From IMG/VR virus record IMGVR_UViG_3300046791_000121, positions 1 through 57,952 of that record: DNA of 57,952 nt. The stretch is one strand, 5' to 3'. This DNA comes from a virus (taxonomy: Duplodnaviria > Caudoviricetes). Position numbers and translations under genes: made by a program. This document shows, one piece after another, positions 57,182-57,952 of this stretch; the first letter of the stretch is position 1; every line of letters begins with the position of its first letter. The notes under the pieces are model-generated. The model was not told the DNA's origin. It worked only from the letters and a program-made list of their open reading frames with translations, and ran no database searches.

Positions 57182-57952
57182 TTCTCCATGTAGACGCCGT
57201 GCTTCTTGAGGTGCGCCGGCATCTGGTCGAAGTAGTACTTGTGGCCGATGGTCGCGACGATCACTCGCATGTTGCGAGGCGTCTCGTCGATAGTCGGCCA
57301 GGGCGTCGCGCCATCGGTGAGCAGGATGCAAACGTCGGCCGCGATCCTCCTGTCGGCCGCCGCCTTCAGGCCTACCCGCATATCCGTCCCGCCGTGGCCG
57401 CCGAGCATCTTGAGTAGCTGCTCGATGGTGCGCACGGGGCGCGACTCGAACACGGCCGAATCGACCGTGATGACATGCGGGGCGGTGTTCGCCGAGCGAA
57501 GGATTCCGATGACCTCGCTGCCAGCCCGAGCGAGACGCGAGTTCTTGCCGCGCCCCATGCTGCCGCTCGTGTCAACGACGATCACCACCTTCGGGTCCGG
57601 CCCTTGTAGCTCGGGAAGCAACGGTGCGTCGTCGCCCCATCCAAGCCCACGGAGAACCTCGCGCCGACGAGACGGGCGACCCCATGCCCAATCGACGCGA
57701 CCCCGCGCGCTGCCCACTGCTCCGCGCACTTCTGAAGCGAGGTGCTTTCGCCAATCGACCTTGGGCGGCTCGAACATCGAGCGCGCCCACTCCGCCAACC
57801 AGTTGCCGGGTGCTACTCCGCGCCCGTCACCGCTCGGCTTCCAATCGAGGACCGCCCGCGCGACCTGCCGCTTGATGACTTCTTGCGCCGCGTTGGTCGT
57901 CGGGTCGGGGAGATCGTCGCCCACTTCGGCCTCGTAGGGCTGGTGGTGTCCG
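57178..57952 (-). CDS. 3' part (vWA domain) of the DUF2201-type protein
   Basis: MIDAS motif VVDTSGSM, GGTDM, LLTDG.TPWP. Confidence 0.9.
   Translation of the reverse strand, partial: GHHQPYEAEVGDDLPDPTTNAAQEVIKRQVARAVLDWKPSGDGRGVAPGNWLAEWARSMFEPPKVDWRKHLASEVRGAVGSARGRVDWAWGRPSRRREVLRGLGWGDDAPLLPELQGPDPKVVIVVDTSGSMGRGKNSRLARAGSEVIGILRSANTAPHVITVDSAVFESRPVRTIEQLLKMLGGHGGTDMRVGLKAAADRRIAADVCILLTDGATPWPTIDETPRNMRVIVATIGHKYYFDQMPAHLKKHGVYMEK
57567..57952. repeat. Right copy of imperfect terminal repeat
   Basis: About 95% identical to 1-386. Confidence 0.95.

Overview
The window looks like an essentially complete genome of a GC-rich tailed dsDNA phage (HK97-fold head, non-contractile siphovirus-type tail). 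It circularises at about 57,566 bp through an imperfect 386-bp end overlap (1-386 vs 57567-57952) that lies inside a DUF2201/vWA gene. A divergent control region (about 5190-6190) holds two sigma70-like promoters, a structured leader with a duplicated hairpin and an origin-like iteron/purine tract. A leftward early operon carries a MoxR-type AAA+ ATPase and a metallopeptidase-vWA protein. The rightward arm encodes an annealase-like protein, Gp157, a LexA-type HTH, a replication initiator, nucleases and many small ORFs. It continues with TerS, TerL, a portal-MuF fusion, a protease, two tandem paralogous major capsid proteins, neck, tail tube, a frameshifted tail chaperone, tape measure, tail tip, fibres, endolysin and several signal-peptide-bearing proteins. 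A convergent operon encodes 7-deazaguanine DNA modification (DpdL-like, glycosyltransferase, DpdA/TGT-like, ParB-like, queD, queE, folE; no queC). I recognised no integrase, DNA polymerase, helicase, tRNA or CRISPR array. The best candidates for new biology are: (1) a tail-fibre-like protein with a Sec signal peptide that shares its N-terminal domain with the cytoplasmic tailspike, with matching C-terminal peptides on two virion proteins, suggesting exported virion parts attached after lysis; (2) a two-MCP capsid in which MCP2 carries an insertion domain also seen in the head-tail adaptor; (3) a queC-less deazaguanine pathway coupled to a glycosyltransferase. All family assignments come from motif recognition by eye, with no database searches.
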